Source: Acaryochloris marina S15 (lineage in GTDB: Bacteria > Cyanobacteriota > Cyanobacteriia > Thermosynechococcales > Thermosynechococcaceae). From it: a stretch of DNA of 32,000 bases. Both the position numbers and the translations under genes were made by a program. The stretch lies in NCBI RefSeq assembly GCF_018336915.1, contig NZ_CP064923.1:420001-452000 (forward strand). The letters are read 5' to 3'. Positions 30,046-32,000 of this stretch are shown in pieces. The first letter of the stretch is position 1; each line of letters starts with the position of its first letter. The notes under the pieces are model-generated. The model had not been told where the DNA came from. It did not search any database and was given only the letters and a program-made list of their open reading frames with translations.

Positions 30046-31755
30046 ATGTCTCCAGTGCCAGTTGAATGTTTTCCCTATGGTGTGGATCCACAGACCGGTG
30101 TTTGCCTAGGACTCAAGCTCGGACCCTATCGAATTTTGTTGGACTATGGATTAACAGATATATCTGGCTTACAGGCAGATGAAGGGCAGCCCGATGCCGT
30201 TGTAGAACAACCTGCTTCTCCGCAGCAACCTGCAGATTTTGTCTTATGTTCACAAGCTCATGCTGATCACATGCGTGGGTTAGGAGAGTTGCACCAAATC
30301 TTTCCCAAGATGCCGATCTATACGAGCATCGAAACGCAGCAGATATTGAATCACCTTTATTCTGATCAATGGGCATCCGAGTGTGACATTATTGCCTGGA
30401 ATACGCCGTTTGACTTGGCTCCAGACTTGACCTTAGAGCTGGTTCCTGCCGGTCAAATGCCTGGAGCAGCAGTTTGTTTACTCACCTATACTGCGAAGGC
30501 TGATGCCGAGATAGCGGAATCCTATACCGTTGCCTATACCGGGGATTTTTATTTAACCCATACTCGGTTTGCTCCTGCTTTGTCGACTTCCAGTCTCAAA
30601 GACCGCACGATTGATTGGTTAATCCTTAAGGGGGGCTATGGCACCCTGCAACATCCCCCCCGAAAACAGCAAGAAAGTGAGTTGGTTCAAACTTTGCTCC
30701 AGGCGTTAACGGCCCAACAATCCGTCGTTATACCTGTGCCTCAAGTGGGTCTGGGACAAGAGATTTTGATGTTATTACGGACGAATGCAGAGTTCATCCG
30801 CCAGAAAGTTACGATTTGGGTCGATGAGACGGTGGCGCAAGGATGCGATGCCTATGGCCAGATTCTACCTGCGCTACCTGCCAGTATTCAGAATTTTGCC
30901 CGGCAACAGTCTTTGTTTTGGCAAGCCACTGGGCGGCTGCAGATCCAGCAGCTAGGGGCGATTGCTCAATTACCTTGTATTCTCCTCGTGCACCATCAAA
31001 CAGATTTAGGGCAATATGCCCAGGTGCTGGGAGATCGAGTGCTGGTTCTAGACCCCATTCCCCCTGAATCTCCCCAAGCATTGCGAGAACACGCTGAGAT
31101 CCGGTGGGACGAGGTAAGCCTCCCGGCTTCTTGGCAGACACAGACCTTTCTGCTGGCCCAAGCCTGTGATGGTTCTAGTACTACTCAGTTGATTCATAAC
31201 AGTCGTCCTCACCATGTGGCGTTCTATCACCGCTTACCTTTAGTGGTTGAAGATTTAACTCAGGTCCCAGATCTACAGAATCGCTATCAGCTCCATCCCC
31301 TGATACCAGGAGAACGACTGGAAGTGCGGGTAGAGGATAGTGTCCCTCTACCCCAAGAGACCTTTGCTCCGCCCCTGCAAACTTATGGAGGTGAACTCGT
31401 AGAGTCAGCGTTATCGGCCACCCTTAGCTTAGGTGCTGATATTCTCGAAGACCCGCGCTGGCAGGCTTTTGCGGATACTGGATTAATTGAGGCGGTTTGG
31501 CAGGGGCATCAACTCGTCATTCGGGGCTTGTCCCAGGCAGAAATAGTACGCAGTATTGCCAGCCAACACCCTACGGATCGCAATTGCTGTGCTAACTGCC
31601 ATTACTATCGAAACCAACGCTGTTGGCAGACAGAATCCGCTCTGTATGGTTTTAAGGTTTCTCCCCAGGGAACCTGTCCGGTCTATGCTCCAATGAGTGA
31701 TAGGTCAGATCCCGTGCTGACAGAAGACCTTGAAGACGAAGTGATGGATTTCTAG
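30046..31755 (+). CDS. beta-CASP-type MBL-fold hydrolase with a C-terminal HiPIP-like Cys4 domain
   Basis: The N-terminus CLGLKLGPYRILLDYGL and motif 2 (SQAHADHMRGL) indicate an MBL fold. The beta-CASP part is supported by PRKQQESELVQTLLQALTAQQSVVIPVPQVGLGQEILMLL. The C-terminus is CCANCHYYRNQRCWQTESALYGFKVSPQGTCPVY. The start is ATG 30046 or GTG 30028. Confidence 0.7.
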   Translation: MSPVPVECFPYGVDPQTGVCLGLKLGPYRILLDYGLTDISGLQADEGQPDAVVEQPASPQQPADFVLCSQAHADHMRGLGELHQIFPKMPIYTSIETQQILNHLYSDQWASECDIIAWNTPFDLAPDLTLELVPAGQMPGAAVCLLTYTAKADAEIAESYTVAYTGDFYLTHTRFAPALSTSSLKDRTIDWLILKGGYGTLQHPPRKQQESELVQTLLQALTAQQSVVIPVPQVGLGQEILMLLRTNAEFIRQKVTIWVDETVAQGCDAYGQILPALPASIQNFARQQSLFWQATGRLQIQQLGAIAQLPCILLVHHQTDLGQYAQVLGDRVLVLDPIPPESPQALREHAEIRWDEVSLPASWQTQTFLLAQACDGSSTTQLIHNSRPHHVAFYHRLPLVVEDLTQVPDLQNRYQLHPLIPGERLEVRVEDSVPLPQETFAPPLQTYGGELVESALSATLSLGADILEDPRWQAFADTGLIEAVWQGHQLVIRGLSQAEIVRSIASQHPTDRNCCANCHYYRNQRCWQTESALYGFKVSPQGTCPVYAPMSDRSDPVLTEDLEDEVMDF

Positions 31756-32000
31756 TCTGAATTATTGTCGGGGTGTGGGTTGGGCAGTTGTTCGGCTTCG
31801 GGACAGTCATCCGAGACCATCGGTTCAACATTATGTTTGGGAACCGCTGCCAGGCGGGTTGTTACGGCACCAATACTTTCGATGCGGACCATGTCTTCCC
31901 AGGCACAAATTTCATCATCTTCTTCGGTCTCATAGCGAATAGTGACGATATCGCCATCTAGACCGGTAATGCGGGCACGATCCAACCAGCGCTGCTGGTC
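31752..32000 (-). CDS. C-terminal part of a hypothetical protein; the gene starts beyond the window end
   Basis: The reading frame is open to position 32000 (...DQQRWLDRARITGLDGDIVTIRYETEEDDEICAWEDMVRIES...). The track's start at 31985 is a TTG inside this open frame. Confidence 0.4.
   Translation of the reverse strand, partial: DQQRWLDRARITGLDGDIVTIRYETEEDDEICAWEDMVRIESIGAVTTRLAAVPKHNVEPMVSDDCPEAEQLPNPHPDNNSD

Overview
The window looks like cyanobacterial chromosome. The octamer GCGATCGC (HIP1) occurs 10 times, and the gene content fits: psbK, plant-type zeta-carotene desaturase, pentapeptide-repeat proteins and a PatA-type response regulator. Most genes are recognisable housekeeping genes: crtQ plus a coupled SRPBCC gene, ribD, psbK (missed by the ORF track), tgt, prfC, a fused 5-oxoprolinase, an AGE-family epimerase, an Na+/H+ antiporter with an RCK domain, and a cysteine-motif two-component permease pair. 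Several lower-GC stretches carry orphan or poorly characterised genes (5.1-6.3 kb, 7.6-8.4 kb, 22.1-24.3 kb, 28.1-29.9 kb). The clearest structural event is a 1486-bp ISKra4-like insertion sequence (2949..4434). It has imperfect terminal inverted repeats and a 9-bp target duplication, and it splits a secreted pentapeptide-repeat/pilin-like gene. Its own transposase carries an in-frame TGA. I found no CRISPR array, tRNA, rRNA, or recognisable defence, retron or toxin-antitoxin module, and I cannot point to a convincing new multi-gene system. The best candidates for follow-up are a beta-CASP MBL-fold protein with a HiPIP-like Cys4 tail, a PatA-type regulator whose receiver lacks the acidic pocket, and two lower-GC gene pairs flanking the oxoprolinase gene. 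All family assignments come from reading motifs by eye and need HMM or BLAST confirmation.
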